DNA of 64,000 nucleotides from Escherichia coli (GCF_003334305.1 NZ_QOWS01000006.1), one strand, 5' to 3'; positions 1 to 16,596 are shown, counted from the stretch's first letter. Notes: generated by a model from the sequence alone, not told the origin. Numbers and translations: made by a program.

Positions 1-1
1 C

Positions 2-2114
<2,113 letters not shown>

Positions 2115-2115
2115 T

Positions 2116-2946
2116 ATGTCGCAGGCTGCTCTGAACACGCGAAACAGTGAAGAAGAGGTTTCTTCTCGCCGCAATAATGGAACGCGTCTGGCGGGGATCC
2201 TTTTCCTGCTGACCGTTTTAACGACAGTGTTGGTGAGCGGCTGGGTCGTGTTGGGCTGGATGGAAGATGCGCAACGCCTGCCGCTCTCAAAGCTGGTGTT
2301 GACCGGTGAACGCCATTACACGCGTAATGACGATATCCGGCAGTCGATCCTGGCATTGGGTGAGCCGGGTACCTTTATGACCCAGGATGTCAACATCATT
2401 CAGACGCAAATAGAACAACGCCTGCCGTGGATTAAGCAGGTGAGCGTCAGAAAGCAGTGGCCTGATGAATTGAAGATTCATCTGGTTGAATATGTGCCGA
2501 TTGCGCGGTGGAATGATCAACACATGGTAGACGCGGAAGGAAACACCTTCAGCGTGCCGCCAGATCGCACCAGCAAGCAGGTGCTTCCAATGCTGTATGG
2601 CCCGGAAGGCAGCGCCAATGAAGTGTTGCAGGGCTATCGCGAAATGGGGCAGATGCTGGCAAAGGACAGATTTACTCTGAAGGAAGCGGCGATGACCGCG
2701 CGGCGTTCCTGGCAGTTGACGCTGAATAACGATATTAAGCTCAATCTTGGCCGGGGCGATACGATGAAACGTTTGGCTCGCTTTGTAGAACTTTATCCGG
2801 TTTTACAGCAGCAGGCGCAAACCGATGGCAAACGGATTAGCTACGTTGATTTGCGTTATGACTCTGGAGCGGCAGTAGGCTGGGCGCCCTTGCCGCCAGA
2901 GGAATCTACTCAGCAACAAAATCAGGCACAGGCAGAACAACAATGA
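2116..2946 (+). CDS. ftsQ: cell division protein FtsQ
   Basis: 276-aa ORF with N-terminal transmembrane segment ([24 protein letters not shown]) and POTRA-like region; starts 1 nt after ddlB stop. Confidence 0.95.
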   Translation: MSQAALNTRNSEEEVSSRRNNGTRLAGILFLLTVLTTVLVSGWVVLGWMEDAQRLPLSKLVLTGERHYTRNDDIRQSILALGEPGTFMTQDVNIIQTQIEQRLPWIKQVSVRKQWPDELKIHLVEYVPIARWNDQHMVDAEGNTFSVPPDRTSKQVLPMLYGPEGSANEVLQGYREMGQMLAKDRFTLKEAAMTARRSWQLTLNNDIKLNLGRGDTMKRLARFVELYPVLQQQAQTDGKRISYVDLRYDSGAAVGWAPLPPEESTQQQNQAQAEQQ

Positions 2947-4205
2947 TCAAGGCGACGGACAGAAAACTGGTAGTAGGACTGGAGATTGGTACCGCGAAGG
3001 TTGCCGCTTTAGTAGGGGAAGTTCTGCCCGACGGTATGGTCAATATCATTGGCGTGGGCAGCTGCCCGTCACGTGGTATGGATAAAGGCGGGGTGAACGA
3101 CCTCGAATCCGTGGTCAAGTGCGTACAACGCGCCATTGACCAGGCAGAATTGATGGCAGATTGTCAGATCTCTTCGGTATATCTGGCGCTTTCTGGTAAG
3201 CACATCAGCTGCCAGAATGAAATTGGTATGGTGCCTATTTCTGAAGAAGAAGTGACGCAAGAAGATGTGGAAAACGTCGTCCATACCGCGAAATCGGTGC
3301 GTGTGCGCGATGAACATCGTGTGCTGCATGTGATCCCGCAAGAGTATGCGATTGACTATCAGGAAGGGATCAAGAATCCGGTAGGACTTTCGGGCGTGCG
3401 GATGCAGGCAAAAGTGCACCTGATCACATGTCACAACGATATGGCGAAAAACATCGTCAAAGCGGTTGAACGTTGTGGGCTGAAAGTTGACCAACTGATA
3501 TTTGCCGGACTGGCATCAAGTTATTCGGTATTGACGGAAGATGAACGTGAACTGGGTGTCTGCGTCGTCGATATCGGTGGTGGTACAATGGATATCGCCG
3601 TTTATACCGGTGGGGCATTGCGCCACACTAAGGTAATTCCTTATGCTGGCAATGTCGTGACCAGTGATATCGCTTACGCCTTTGGCACGCCGCCAAGCGA
3701 CGCCGAAGCGATTAAAGTTCGCCACGGTTGTGCGCTGGGTTCCATCGTTGGAAAAGATGAGAGCGTGGAAGTGCCGAGCGTAGGCGGTCGTCCGCCACGG
3801 AGTCTGCAACGTCAGACCCTGGCAGAGGTGATCGAGCCGCGCTATACCGAGCTGCTCAACCTGGTCAACGAAGAGATATTGCAGTTGCAGGAAAAGCTTC
3901 GCCAACAAGGGGTTAAACATCACCTGGCGGCAGGCATTGTATTAACCGGTGGCGCAGCGCAGATCGAAGGTCTTGCAGCCTGTGCTCAGCGCGTGTTTCA
4001 TACGCAAGTGCGTATCGGCGCGCCGCTGAACATTACCGGTTTAACGGATTATGCTCAGGAGCCGTATTATTCGACGGCGGTGGGATTGCTTCACTATGGG
4101 AAAGAGTCACATCTTAACGGTGAAGCTGAAGTAGAAAAACGTGTTACAGCATCAGTTGGCTCGTGGATCAAGCGACTCAATAGTTGGCTGCGAAAAGAGT
4201 TTTAA
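2943..4205 (+). CDS. ftsA: cell division protein FtsA (actin-like ATPase)
   Basis: 420-aa ORF, actin/Hsp70 fold motifs ([16 protein letters not shown]); 4-nt overlap with ftsQ stop. Confidence 0.96.
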   Translation: MIKATDRKLVVGLEIGTAKVAALVGEVLPDGMVNIIGVGSCPSRGMDKGGVNDLESVVKCVQRAIDQAELMADCQISSVYLALSGKHISCQNEIGMVPISEEEVTQEDVENVVHTAKSVRVRDEHRVLHVIPQEYAIDYQEGIKNPVGLSGVRMQAKVHLITCHNDMAKNIVKAVERCGLKVDQLIFAGLASSYSVLTEDERELGVCVVDIGGGTMDIAVYTGGALRHTKVIPYAGNVVTSDIAYAFGTPPSDAEAIKVRHGCALGSIVGKDESVEVPSVGGRPPRSLQRQTLAEVIEPRYTELLNLVNEEILQLQEKLRQQGVKHHLAAGIVLTGGAAQIEGLAACAQRVFHTQVRIGAPLNITGLTDYAQEPYYSTAVGLLHYGKESHLNGEAEVEKRVTASVGSWIKRLNSWLRKEF

Positions 4206-4265
4206 TTTTTATGAGGCCGACGATGATTACGGCCTCAGGCGACAGGCACAAATCGGAGAGAAACT

Positions 4266-5417
4266 ATGTTTGAACCAATGGAACTTACCAATGACGCGGT
4301 GATTAAAGTCATCGGCGTCGGCGGCGGCGGCGGTAATGCTGTTGAACACATGGTGCGCGAGCGCATTGAAGGTGTTGAATTCTTCGCGGTAAATACCGAT
4401 GCACAAGCGCTGCGTAAAACAGCGGTTGGACAGACGATTCAAATCGGTAGCGGTATCACCAAAGGACTGGGCGCTGGCGCTAATCCAGAAGTTGGCCGCA
4501 ATGCGGCTGATGAGGATCGCGATGCATTGCGTGCGGCGCTGGAAGGTGCAGACATGGTCTTTATTGCTGCGGGTATGGGTGGTGGTACCGGTACAGGTGC
4601 AGCACCAGTCGTCGCTGAAGTGGCAAAAGATTTGGGTATCCTGACCGTTGCTGTCGTCACTAAGCCTTTCAACTTTGAAGGCAAGAAGCGTATGGCATTC
4701 GCGGAGCAGGGGATCACTGAACTGTCCAAGCATGTGGACTCTCTGATCACTATCCCGAACGACAAACTGCTGAAAGTTCTGGGCCGCGGTATCTCCCTGC
4801 TGGATGCGTTTGGCGCAGCGAACGATGTACTGAAAGGCGCTGTGCAAGGTATCGCTGAACTGATTACTCGTCCGGGTTTGATGAACGTGGACTTTGCAGA
4901 CGTACGCACCGTAATGTCTGAGATGGGCTACGCAATGATGGGTTCTGGCGTGGCGAGCGGTGAAGACCGTGCGGAAGAAGCTGCTGAAATGGCTATCTCT
5001 TCTCCGCTGCTGGAAGATATCGACCTGTCTGGCGCGCGCGGCGTGCTGGTTAACATCACGGCGGGCTTCGACCTGCGTCTGGATGAGTTCGAAACGGTAG
5101 GTAACACCATCCGTGCATTTGCTTCCGACAACGCGACTGTGGTTATCGGTACTTCTCTTGACCCGGATATGAATGACGAGCTGCGCGTAACCGTTGTTGC
5201 GACAGGTATCGGCATGGACAAACGTCCTGAAATCACTCTGGTGACCAATAAGCAGGTTCAGCAGCCAGTGATGGATCGCTACCAGCAGCATGGGATGGCT
5301 CCGCTGACCCAGGAGCAGAAGCCGGTTGCTAAAGTCGTGAATGACAATGCGCCGCAAACTGCGAAAGAGCCGGATTATCTGGATATCCCAGCATTCCTGC
5401 GTAAGCAAGCTGATTAA
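4266..5417 (+). CDS. ftsZ: cell division GTPase FtsZ
   Basis: 383-aa ORF with tubulin signature GGGTGTG and N-terminal [10 protein letters not shown]. Confidence 0.98.
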
Positions 5418-5496
5418 GAATTGACTGGAATTTGGGTTTCGAGGCTCTTTGTGCTAAACTGGCCCGCCGAATGTATAGTACACTTCGGTTGGATAG

Positions 5497-6435
<939 letters not shown>

Positions 6436-6497
6436 CGACATTTATACTGTCGTATAAAATTCGACTGGCAAATCTGGCACTCTCTCCGGCCAGGTGA

Positions 6498-7178
<681 letters not shown>

Positions 7179-7239
7179 CAACAATAAACCTTTACTTCAT
7201 TTTATTAACTCCGCAACGCGGGGCGTTTGAGATTTTATT

Positions 7240-9945
7240 ATGCTAATCAAATTGTTAACTAAAGTTTTCGGTAGTCGTAACGATCGCACCCTGCGCCGGA
7301 TGCGCAAAGTGGTCAACATCATCAATGCCATGGAACCGGAGATGGAAAAACTCTCCGACGAAGAACTGAAAGGGAAAACCGCAGAGTTTCGTGCACGTCT
7401 GGAAAAAGGCGAAGTGCTGGAAAATCTGATCCCGGAAGCTTTCGCCGTGGTACGTGAGGCAAGTAAGCGCGTCTTTGGTATGCGTCACTTCGACGTTCAG
7501 TTACTCGGCGGTATGGTTCTTAACGAACGCTGCATCGCCGAAATGCGTACCGGTGAAGGTAAAACCCTGACCGCAACGCTGCCTGCTTACCTGAACGCAC
7601 TAACCGGTAAAGGCGTGCACGTAGTTACCGTCAACGACTACCTGGCGCAACGTGACGCCGAAAACAACCGTCCGCTGTTTGAATTCCTTGGCCTGACTGT
7701 CGGTATCAACCTGCCGGGCATGCCAGCACCGGCAAAGCGCGAAGCTTACGCATCTGACATCACTTACGGTACGAACAACGAATACGGCTTTGACTACCTG
7801 CGCGACAATATGGCGTTCAGCCCTGAAGAACGTGTACAGCGTAAACTGCACTATGCGCTGGTGGACGAAGTGGACTCCATCCTGATCGATGAAGCGCGTA
7901 CACCGCTGATCATTTCCGGCCCGGCAGAAGACAGCTCGGAAATGTATAAACGCGTGAATAAAATTATTCCGCACCTGATCCGTCAGGAAAAAGAAGACTC
8001 CGAAACCTTCCAGGGCGAAGGCCACTTCTCGGTGGACGAAAAATCTCGCCAGGTGAACCTGACCGAACGTGGTCTGGTGCTGATTGAAGAACTGCTGGTG
8101 AAAGAGGGCATCATGGATGAAGGGGAGTCTCTGTACTCTCCGGCCAACATCATGCTGATGCACCACGTAACGGCGGCGCTGCGCGCTCATGCGCTGTTTA
8201 CCCGCGACGTCGACTACATCGTTAAAGATGGTGAAGTTATCATCGTTGACGAACACACCGGTCGTACCATGCAGGGCCGTCGCTGGTCCGATGGTCTGCA
8301 CCAGGCTGTGGAAGCGAAAGAAGGTGTGCAGATCCAGAACGAAAACCAAACGCTGGCTTCGATCACCTTCCAGAACTACTTCCGTCTGTATGAAAAACTG
8401 GCGGGGATGACCGGTACTGCTGATACCGAAGCTTTCGAATTTAGCTCCATCTACAAGCTGGATACCGTCGTTGTTCCGACCAACCGTCCAATGATTCGTA
8501 AAGATCTGCCGGACCTGGTCTACATGACTGAAGCGGAAAAAATTCAGGCGATCATTGAAGATATCAAAGAACGTACTGCGAAAGGCCAGCCGGTGCTGGT
8601 GGGTACTATCTCCATCGAAAAATCGGAGCTGGTGTCAAACGAACTGACCAAAGCCGGTATTAAGCACAACGTCCTGAACGCCAAATTCCACGCCAACGAA
8701 GCGGCGATTGTTGCTCAGGCAGGTTATCCGGCTGCGGTGACTATCGCGACCAATATGGCGGGTCGTGGTACAGATATTGTGCTCGGTGGTAGCTGGCAGG
8801 CAGAAGTTGCCGCGCTGGAAAATCCGACCGTAGAGCAAATTGAAAAAATTAAAGCCGACTGGCAGGTACGTCACGATGCGGTACTGGAAGCAGGTGGCCT
8901 GCATATCATCGGTACCGAGCGTCACGAATCCCGTCGTATCGATAACCAGTTGCGCGGTCGTTCTGGTCGTCAGGGGGATGCTGGTTCTTCCCGTTTCTAC
9001 CTGTCGATGGAAGATGCGCTGATGCGTATTTTTGCTTCCGACCGAGTATCCGGCATGATGCGTAAACTGGGTATGAAGCCAGGCGAAGCCATTGAACACC
9101 CGTGGGTGACTAAAGCGATTGCCAACGCCCAGCGTAAAGTTGAAAGCCGTAACTTCGACATTCGTAAGCAACTGCTGGAATATGATGACGTGGCTAACGA
9201 TCAGCGTCGCGCCATTTACTCCCAGCGTAACGAACTGCTGGATGTCAGCGATGTGAGCGAAACCATCAACAGCATTCGTGAAGATGTGTTCAAAGCGACC
9301 ATTGATGCCTACATTCCGCCACAGTCACTGGAAGAAATGTGGGATATTCCGGGGCTGCAGGAACGTCTGAAGAACGATTTCGACCTCGATTTGCCAATTG
9401 CCGAGTGGCTGGATAAAGAACCAGAACTGCATGAAGAGACGCTGCGTGAGCGAATTCTGGCGCAGTCCATCGAAGTGTATCAGCGTAAAGAAGAAGTGGT
9501 TGGTGCTGAGATGATGCGTCACTTCGAGAAAGGCGTCATGCTGCAAACGCTTGACTCCCTGTGGAAAGAGCACCTGGCAGCGATGGACTATCTGCGTCAG
9601 GGTATCCACCTGCGTGGCTATGCACAGAAAGATCCGAAGCAGGAATACAAACGTGAATCGTTCTCCATGTTTGCAGCGATGCTGGAGTCGTTAAAATATG
9701 AAGTTATCAGCACGCTGAGCAAAGTCCAGGTACGTATGCCTGAAGAGGTTGAGGAGCTGGAACAACAGCGTCGTATGGAAGCCGAGCGTTTAGCGCAAAT
9801 GCAGCAGCTTAGCCATCAGGATGACGACTCTGCAGCCGCAGCTGCACTGGCGGCGCAAACCGGTGAGCGCAAAGTAGGACGTAACGATCCTTGCCCGTGC
9901 GGTTCTGGTAAAAAATACAAGCAGTGCCATGGTCGCCTGCAATAA
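7240..9945 (+). CDS. secA: preprotein translocase ATPase SecA
   Basis: 901-aa ORF; DEAD-like motor motifs ([29 protein letters not shown]) and C-terminal zinc-binding [14 protein letters not shown]. Confidence 0.98.
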   Translation: MLIKLLTKVFGSRNDRTLRRMRKVVNIINAMEPEMEKLSDEELKGKTAEFRARLEKGEVLENLIPEAFAVVREASKRVFGMRHFDVQLLGGMVLNERCIAEMRTGEGKTLTATLPAYLNALTGKGVHVVTVNDYLAQRDAENNRPLFEFLGLTVGINLPGMPAPAKREAYASDITYGTNNEYGFDYLRDNMAFSPEERVQRKLHYALVDEVDSILIDEARTPLIISGPAEDSSEMYKRVNKIIPHLIRQEKEDSETFQGEGHFSVDEKSRQVNLTERGLVLIEELLVKEGIMDEGESLYSPANIMLMHHVTAALRAHALFTRDVDYIVKDGEVIIVDEHTGRTMQGRRWSDGLHQAVEAKEGVQIQNENQTLASITFQNYFRLYEKLAGMTGTADTEAFEFSSIYKLDTVVVPTNRPMIRKDLPDLVYMTEAEKIQAIIEDIKERTAKGQPVLVGTISIEKSELVSNELTKAGIKHNVLNAKFHANEAAIVAQAGYPAAVTIATNMAGRGTDIVLGGSWQAEVAALENPTVEQIEKIKADWQVRHDAVLEAGGLHIIGTERHESRRIDNQLRGRSGRQGDAGSSRFYLSMEDALMRIFASDRVSGMMRKLGMKPGEAIEHPWVTKAIANAQRKVESRNFDIRKQLLEYDDVANDQRRAIYSQRNELLDVSDVSETINSIREDVFKATIDAYIPPQSLEEMWDIPGLQERLKNDFDLDLPIAEWLDKEPELHEETLRERILAQSIEVYQRKEEVVGAEMMRHFEKGVMLQTLDSLWKEHLAAMDYLRQGIHLRGYAQKDPKQEYKRESFSMFAAMLESLKYEVISTLSKVQVRMPEEVEELEQQRRMEAERLAQMQQLSHQDDDSAAAAALAAQTGERKVGRNDPCPCGSGKKYKQCHGRLQ

Positions 9946-9962
9946 AAGCTAACAGTTGAAGT

Positions 9963-9990
9963 AAAAGGCGCAGGATTCTGCGCCTTTTTT
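9963..9990 (+). terminator. stem-loop plus T-run downstream of secA
   Basis: GGCGCAGG-attc-CTGCGCC hairpin followed by TTTTTT, 18-45 nt after the secA stop. Confidence 0.6.
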
Positions 9991-10004
9991 ATAGGTTTAA
10001 GACA

Positions 10005-10490
<486 letters not shown>

Positions 10491-10493
10491 ATG

Positions 10494-10691
10494 TCACTGC
10501 TTTGGCTCTTCGCTCCAGTCATCGCTTTCGGAAAGATCGCCACTGCTGGGGATTCGTTTTTCTTCAGCAGCCCATTCTCCGAGGTCGATCAGCTGACAAC
10601 GTTTGGAGCAAAATGGCCGAAACGGGCTGATTTCACCCCACACCACCGTTTTCCCGCAGGTTGGGCAATTCACCGTAATAGTTTCTGACAT
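10494..10691 (-). CDS. yacG: DNA gyrase inhibitor YacG (zinc-ribbon protein)
   Basis: ORF-track 67 aa trimmed to the second Met ([14 protein letters not shown]...); CxxC...CxxxC zinc ribbon; start codon position set by similarity to recalled K-12 N-terminus. Confidence 0.88.
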
Positions 10692-10700
10692 TTTCACTCC

Positions 10701-11444
10701 TTAGCAACAGGCCAGTTCGAAATCCAGACGTTCCGGTACCTGTCCGTTTTCAGTGTCCAGCGGCATAAAACGAATGGCAAAACGGCTCTTATGTCCGGAA
10801 ATTTGCGGATAAAGCTGTGAATCGAGCGACAGATTCAGGCGCAGCAAGTCGGCATCGCCACCGTTATCCTGATAAAAACCATTCAGGCTGGTTTGTTTAC
10901 GGAAGGGGGCCGACTGGCGAATTAAATCCAGCACCATGGTAAGTGCCTGGGTGAGCGGGTTCAGGCTGGCAATCCAGGTTTCTACCTGGCTGTCGCGCTG
11001 CGCCTGGGGTAGATGCAGCCAAATGTGCAATGTAGGTAAATCAAAGCTGCAACAGCCGCCTGGGATGCTCAGTCGCTGACGCACCAGAGCAATCAAACGA
11101 TCTTCACGCAGAAATTGCCCGATACGCGGCGCGGAAATTAATACGCTCCCCGCCGCTTTTAACTGCTGAATTAATGCTTCAATACGGCTCTGGTCCACGC
11201 CAGGCACGCCAATCCAGGTCTGGAGTTTACGTTGCTGCCGGTCAAGTTCTTTCAACAGCTCAGTGCGGACTTCGCCGCGCTCGAAAACATCCAGTAATTC
11301 ACTGACATTACGGAAGAAATGCAGCGCGCCAGCGTGGTCAACGATGGGTAAATTAACGGTGAGTTGCTGAATCAAAAACTCAATGCGCAGCCATGTACGC
11401 ATTTTTTCATTTAGTGGATGTTCAAAAAGGACCTGGGTCTGCAT
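10701..11444 (-). CDS. zapD: cell division factor ZapD
   Basis: 247-aa ORF directly upstream of yacG on the minus strand, 1-nt overlap with coaE; recognised as YacF/ZapD. Confidence 0.9.
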
Positions 11445-12064
11445 TACGGTTTTTCCTGTGAGACAAACTGCGACGCAAGCTGCAAATAGTGTGCGTGCAG
11501 GCGGGCAACATCCGATGCGATAGCATCCGGTGCGCCGTTATTATCAATGACGTCATCTGCCACGGCAAGGCGGGCTTCGCGCGTTGCCTGAGCAGCAAGG
11601 ATTTGTTCGACATGCTCGCGAGTTACATCATCGCGCTGCATGGTGCGCTTAAGTTGCGTTTCTGGGCTGACATCCACCACCAGCACTCGATTCGCTTTTT
11701 TATACAGTGAGTTTTCTACCAGCAATGGCACAACCCACAGTACATAGGGGGAAGTAGCTTGCTGGATCTGGTGTTGCGTCTCTTGCTGAATCAGCGGATG
11801 CAGCAGGGCGTTAAGCCAGTTTTTCTCTTCCGGGTTGGCGAAGATCCGCTCGCGCAAGGCCCGGCGCTGCAATGTTCCATCAGCAGCAATCATGTTAGCG
11901 CCAAAGTGATCAGCAATGGCATGTAGCGCAGGTGCACCTGGTTCAACCACCTGACGCGCAATAATATCGGCATCAATGACGTTAATTCCGAGATCAGCAA
12001 ACGCATTGGCAACGGTACTCTTGCCACTGCCAATGCCTCCCGTTAAGGCAACTATATACCTCAT
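11444..12064 (-). CDS. coaE: dephospho-CoA kinase
   Basis: 206-aa ORF with P-loop GGIGSGKST at the N-terminus. Confidence 0.95.
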
Positions 12065-12288
12065 AATTTATATTCCCGGGAATTCATCATGATTATCAAA
12101 ACGTTAAAAATGAGTGCACGAAAGCGAAATTGATGAAACGTTCGCTCACTATTTACCAGGTAAATTTATGGGATTGTAGCGTAAAAAAAGACAATTTCGC
12201 AGTCTTGCGCCGCATTGATTAGTGCGTATGATAGCGTCACTGGAGTTGCGCTCTTACCCTTATAGCCATTAACCCCAGGAATCCGCAC

Positions 12289-13332
12289 ATGCGTATTGAA
12301 GAAGATCTGAAGTTAGGTTTTAAAGACGTTCTCATCCGCCCTAAACGCTCCACTCTTAAAAGCCGTTCCGATGTTGAACTGGAACGTCAATTCACCTTCA
12401 AACATTCAGGTCAGAGCTGGTCCGGCGTGCCGATTATCGCCGCAAATATGGACACCGTAGGTACATTTTCTATGGCCTCTGCGCTGGCTTCTTTTGATAT
12501 TTTGACTGCTGTGCATAAACACTATTCTGTCGAAGAGTGGCAAGCGTTTATCAACAATTCTTCCGCTGATGTGCTGAAACATGTGATGGTTTCTACCGGT
12601 ACGTCTGATGCGGATTTCGAAAAAACTAAACAGATTCTCGACCTGAACCCGGCATTAAACTTCGTTTGTATTGATGTGGCGAATGGTTATTCCGAACACT
12701 TCGTGCAGTTCGTTGCGAAAGCGCGTGAAGCGTGGCCGACCAAAACCATTTGTGCGGGCAACGTAGTGACTGGTGAAATGTGTGAGGAGCTTATCCTCTC
12801 CGGTGCTGATATCGTTAAAGTTGGCATTGGCCCAGGTTCTGTTTGTACAACTCGTGTCAAAACAGGCGTCGGTTATCCGCAGCTTTCTGCGGTAATCGAA
12901 TGTGCCGATGCGGCGCACGGTCTGGGCGGAATGATCGTCAGCGACGGTGGCTGCACCACGCCGGGCGATGTCGCGAAAGCCTTTGGCGGCGGTGCCGATT
13001 TCGTCATGCTTGGCGGCATGCTGGCGGGCCACGAAGAGAGCGGCGGTCGCATCGTTGAGGAGAACGGCGAGAAATTTATGCTGTTCTACGGCATGAGCTC
13101 CGAGTCTGCGATGAAACGTCACGTTGGCGGCGTTGCGGAATATCGCGCAGCAGAAGGTAAAACCGTTAAGCTGCCGCTGCGAGGCCCGGTTGAAAATACC
13201 GCGCGTGATATTTTGGGCGGCTTGCGTTCAGCTTGTACATACGTTGGGGCTTCACGCCTGAAAGAACTGACCAAGCGCACCACGTTTATTCGGGTGCAGG
13301 AACAAGAAAACCGCATCTTCAACAACCTGTAA
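12289..13332 (+). CDS. guaC: GMP reductase
   Basis: 347-aa IMPDH/GMPR-family ORF ([23 protein letters not shown]...). Confidence 0.96.
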
Positions 13333-13338
13333 TCTCCC

Positions 13339-13368
13339 AACGCTGGCGTGGAGCAACACGCCAGCGTT
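13339..13368. terminator. perfect 12-bp stem hairpin between convergent guaC and hofC
   Basis: AACGCTGGCGTG-gagcaa-CACGCCAGCGTT; no clear U-tract; the hofC stop codon lies in the right arm. Confidence 0.5.
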
Positions 13369-14569
13369 ATCCCATCCCACTCATCGCATCGCCTAAATGG
13401 AAAATTGGCAGATACATCGCCACCACCAGCGTACCGATAATTCCTCCCGTTATGATCAGCAACGCCGGTTCCAGTAAGGCTGCGAGGTTATCCGCCAGCG
13501 CCATTGTGTTATCCCGATGATGATGGGCGAGGTTGTCTAACATGAGATCCAGCGAGCCGGATGCCTCTCCCGTTCTCACTAATTGCAAACAGAGCGGGCT
13601 AAACTCACCGGCATTTTTTAGCGCCAGCCAGATGGGATGACCGTTACTGATATCGTGCTGGATTTGTGTCAGAAGTTGCACCCAGTACGGGCAGCGCATT
13701 GTTTCTCTGACGCTCTCTACGCCCTGTAAAAAAGTAATGCCTGCACTTTGTGTCAGCGCCAGAATCGTAAAGATCTGCGTGAGTTTTTGTCCCCTCATCA
13801 GTGAACCCATAATCGGGATTCGTAACAACAATTTCTGCCGCGCGATAAGCCAGGTAGGTCGGCGCATCAGCAACTTATTGGCTATCGCCAGCAGAAAGCC
13901 GAACAACACCAGCAGCCAGCTCCATTCGCCACTAAAGTCTGCCAGCGTCATGATCCCCTGCGTTAGTGCCGGTAGTGGGGTGTTGAAGGTCTTATAGATA
14001 GCGGCAAACTCCGGCAGAACAAAATGCAGCATTGCCACAACCACCATGATTGCCATCGCTAAAATGATGATGGGATAACGTAACGCTGATTTCACTTTGT
14101 CGGTCAACTGACGCTGGGCTTTTTGCTGACGCGCCAGTTCAAAGCAGCATTCATCCAGCTTACCGGTCAGTTCACCCGTGCGGATCATCGCCTGATAGAG
14201 TGGCGGAAATACCTCTGACCAGGGTAATAAGGCATTGGAAAAAGCAATGCCCTGTTCGAGATCGTGCGCCAGCGATTGCAGCAACGCTTGCCATTGCTTA
14301 CAGGGATGCTGTTCCGCCAGCAGTGCCAGCCCTTCAGAAAGCGTTAACCCGGCTTTGAGTAGCGTCGCCAGTTGATGAATGACTTCCGCGCTTTTATCTC
14401 CTCGCCACTGCGCAGAATTGATGGCGATTCGCTTCAGGCTAAGTGGGGTAACCATCTGTTGCTGTAGTGCCATGAGCAGCAAAGCACGGCTCTCTGCCCA
14501 TAGCATCCCATCTTGCGCATTGCCGTCGCCGGTTATGCCATGCCAGCGCCAGAGTTGCTTACTCGCCAT
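13367..14569 (-). CDS. hofC: type IV pilus assembly inner-membrane platform protein (PilC/GspF family)
   Basis: 400-aa polytopic membrane ORF; 11-nt overlap with hofB. Confidence 0.92.
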   Translation of the reverse strand: MASKQLWRWHGITGDGNAQDGMLWAESRALLLMALQQQMVTPLSLKRIAINSAQWRGDKSAEVIHQLATLLKAGLTLSEGLALLAEQHPCKQWQALLQSLAHDLEQGIAFSNALLPWSEVFPPLYQAMIRTGELTGKLDECCFELARQQKAQRQLTDKVKSALRYPIIILAMAIMVVVAMLHFVLPEFAAIYKTFNTPLPALTQGIMTLADFSGEWSWLLVLFGFLLAIANKLLMRRPTWLIARQKLLLRIPIMGSLMRGQKLTQIFTILALTQSAGITFLQGVESVRETMRCPYWVQLLTQIQHDISNGHPIWLALKNAGEFSPLCLQLVRTGEASGSLDLMLDNLAHHHRDNTMALADNLAALLEPALLIITGGIIGTLVVAMYLPIFHLGDAMSGMG

Positions 14570-15944
14570 GCGGCATCCCCAGTACGCGGATTAACTCTTC
14601 AAAGGTGGTTAAGCCTTGCTCCACGGCCAGGCAGCCGTTTTCAAAAAGCGTACGCATACCCGCCTGTCGTGCGTGCGTTTCCAGCGATTCAACGTCGGTA
14701 TTAGCGGAAATAAGCTGACGAATGACCGGCGTTATGGGCAGAACTTCAAATAAGGCCGTACGACCATAAAAACCGTGGTAGCAATGTACACAACCGGGTG
14801 CCTGCCAGTGGGGCAGCGGCGATGGCCATACATTGTCTGGAATGTGGATGGGCTCCCCTTGCTGCCGGCGACAATGTGGGCAAAGTTTGCGTACCAGACG
14901 CTGGGCTATTACCAGCGTAAGCGCCGATGATAGCATCCAGCGGGCGACCCCCATTTGCTGTAAACGTACCAGCGTTTCGCAGGTGGAATTAGTGTGTAGG
15001 GTAGACAACACCAGGTGACCAGTTTGCGCCGCTTTAATAGCGATCTCTGCTGTTTCGCCATCGCGGATCTCTCCGATCATGATGACGTCAGGATCCTGGC
15101 GCAATAACGCACGCAACACGCCCTGAAAGGTGAGTCCGGCACGCGGATGGATTTGCGTCTGGTTTAGTCCGGCTATGGGGATCTCAACCGGATCTTCGAC
15201 GCTACAAATATTAATGTCAGCGGTATTCAGCGTTTGCAGGGCACTATAAAGCGTGACCGTTTTGCCGCTGCCTGTAGGGCCAGTTACCAGCACCAGTCCC
15301 TGTGGTTGTTGCAAGGCATGAGCAAAGTCCGCCAGTTGTAACGGCTGCATTCCAAGCGTGTTGACATCCAGTGCCTGGCTCACCTGCTGTAACAACCTTA
15401 ATACCACCTTTTCACCACCCCGACATGGTAAGGTCGCAATACGAAATGAGACGGCGTTTCCTGCCAGTTCGACAGTGAATTGCCCGTCCTGCGGCAGGCG
15501 ATGTTCCGCAATATCCAGGTTTCCCAGCACTTTTAATCTGGCGGTTAATGCGACTCCGGCATCCGGTGAAACATCCGGTAAAGGATGCAATACGCCGTCG
15601 ATACGCAAGCGGATGCGGTAGGCATTGTCCGCTGGTTCGATATGAATATCAGACGCGCGTTGTTCCAGCGCAGATTGTAACGTTCGAGTTAGCAACTCTG
15701 CTTTGGGCTGATGCTTCTCCTGAACAGCTACGGGCAATGTCTGTTGTGTGCGACTGGCGTGACCTTCCATTTGTTGGCGCGTCCAGCAGGTGATCTCAAT
15801 ACGTTTGGTGGTAGCGAAATGCAATGCGTCCAGTAGCTCATGCGAAGGTGCATCGACTACCGCAACATGAACCACCTCTTCGCTGGCATCCAGCAAGACT
15901 CCATGATAACGCAGACACAGGGCAGTGAGCTGTGGAATATTCAT
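14559..15944 (-). CDS. hofB: type IV pilus assembly ATPase (PilB/GspE family)
   Basis: 461-aa ORF with Walker A GPTGSGKT and C-terminal tetracysteine CPHC...CVHC. Confidence 0.93.
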   Translation of the reverse strand: MNIPQLTALCLRYHGVLLDASEEVVHVAVVDAPSHELLDALHFATTKRIEITCWTRQQMEGHASRTQQTLPVAVQEKHQPKAELLTRTLQSALEQRASDIHIEPADNAYRIRLRIDGVLHPLPDVSPDAGVALTARLKVLGNLDIAEHRLPQDGQFTVELAGNAVSFRIATLPCRGGEKVVLRLLQQVSQALDVNTLGMQPLQLADFAHALQQPQGLVLVTGPTGSGKTVTLYSALQTLNTADINICSVEDPVEIPIAGLNQTQIHPRAGLTFQGVLRALLRQDPDVIMIGEIRDGETAEIAIKAAQTGHLVLSTLHTNSTCETLVRLQQMGVARWMLSSALTLVIAQRLVRKLCPHCRRQQGEPIHIPDNVWPSPLPHWQAPGCVHCYHGFYGRTALFEVLPITPVIRQLISANTDVESLETHARQAGMRTLFENGCLAVEQGLTTFEELIRVLGMPHGE

Positions 15945-15953
15945 TGCCGCTCC

Positions 15954-16394
15954 TTAGTTGGCGTCATCAAAGCGGAAGACATCTTCGCAGGCTTGATGCA
16001 ATGCGCTGTCACTTTGAATATTGCAGTTGCGCGTCCAGCCGGTGACGCCGTTTGCGTTATCCCAACCCGGTGTCATGACGACGCTTAGCCCATTGAGACT
16101 TTCTTGCCCGGTCAGCGACACCACGCCCTTTGCCACACTCATGGCTGAAACATAGCGGGTGGTGGTAGGCGAGGGAATGCCATTGCTGCCACCGTCGCAG
16201 GTATCTAATCCACCATGTTCCAGCGCGCACAACTCTACGGCGGTACGGTAAGGCACAAAGGTTTGTAGCATGTCGGTGAGTGCGGCTTTGCGCAGGTAGT
16301 TTTGATAAGCGGGAATACCAATGGCGCTTAAAATGGCAATGATGCCAATAACCACCATCAGTTCGATAAGTGTAAAACCGCGTTGCTTGTCCAT
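15954..16394 (-). CDS. ppdD: prepilin peptidase-dependent type IV major pilin
   Basis: 146-aa ORF; N-terminus MDKQRGFTLIELMVVIGIIAIL is a class III signal (G/FTLIE cleavage-methylation motif). Confidence 0.95.
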   Translation of the reverse strand: MDKQRGFTLIELMVVIGIIAILSAIGIPAYQNYLRKAALTDMLQTFVPYRTAVELCALEHGGLDTCDGGSNGIPSPTTTRYVSAMSVAKGVVSLTGQESLNGLSVVMTPGWDNANGVTGWTRNCNIQSDSALHQACEDVFRFDDAN

Positions 16395-16596
16395 CTGTTT
16401 CGCTCCTTGATTTGGTTGGCGCTACTTTGGCAAACGCCATCAGCACAGGCGAGGGGCAAAAAACGAAACGGGAAAGCAGATTCCGAGGTTTTTTATTTCG
16501 TTGCAGCGAAAGACAAGAAATTTGCGAGGCGTTACGAAGAAAGTTGGGGAAGGGGAGATTATCCGCCCGCGATGGAGCGGATAAATCTGTCAACTA

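Noticed and set aside
4227-5408. 393-aa ORF antisense to ftsZ
   Set aside because: Nested antisense to one of the most conserved bacterial genes; no domain signatures.
12065-12288. Possible small ORF or sRNA in the coaE-guaC divergent intergenic region
   Set aside because: No ORF of meaningful length and no clear terminator hairpin; most simply the divergent promoter region.
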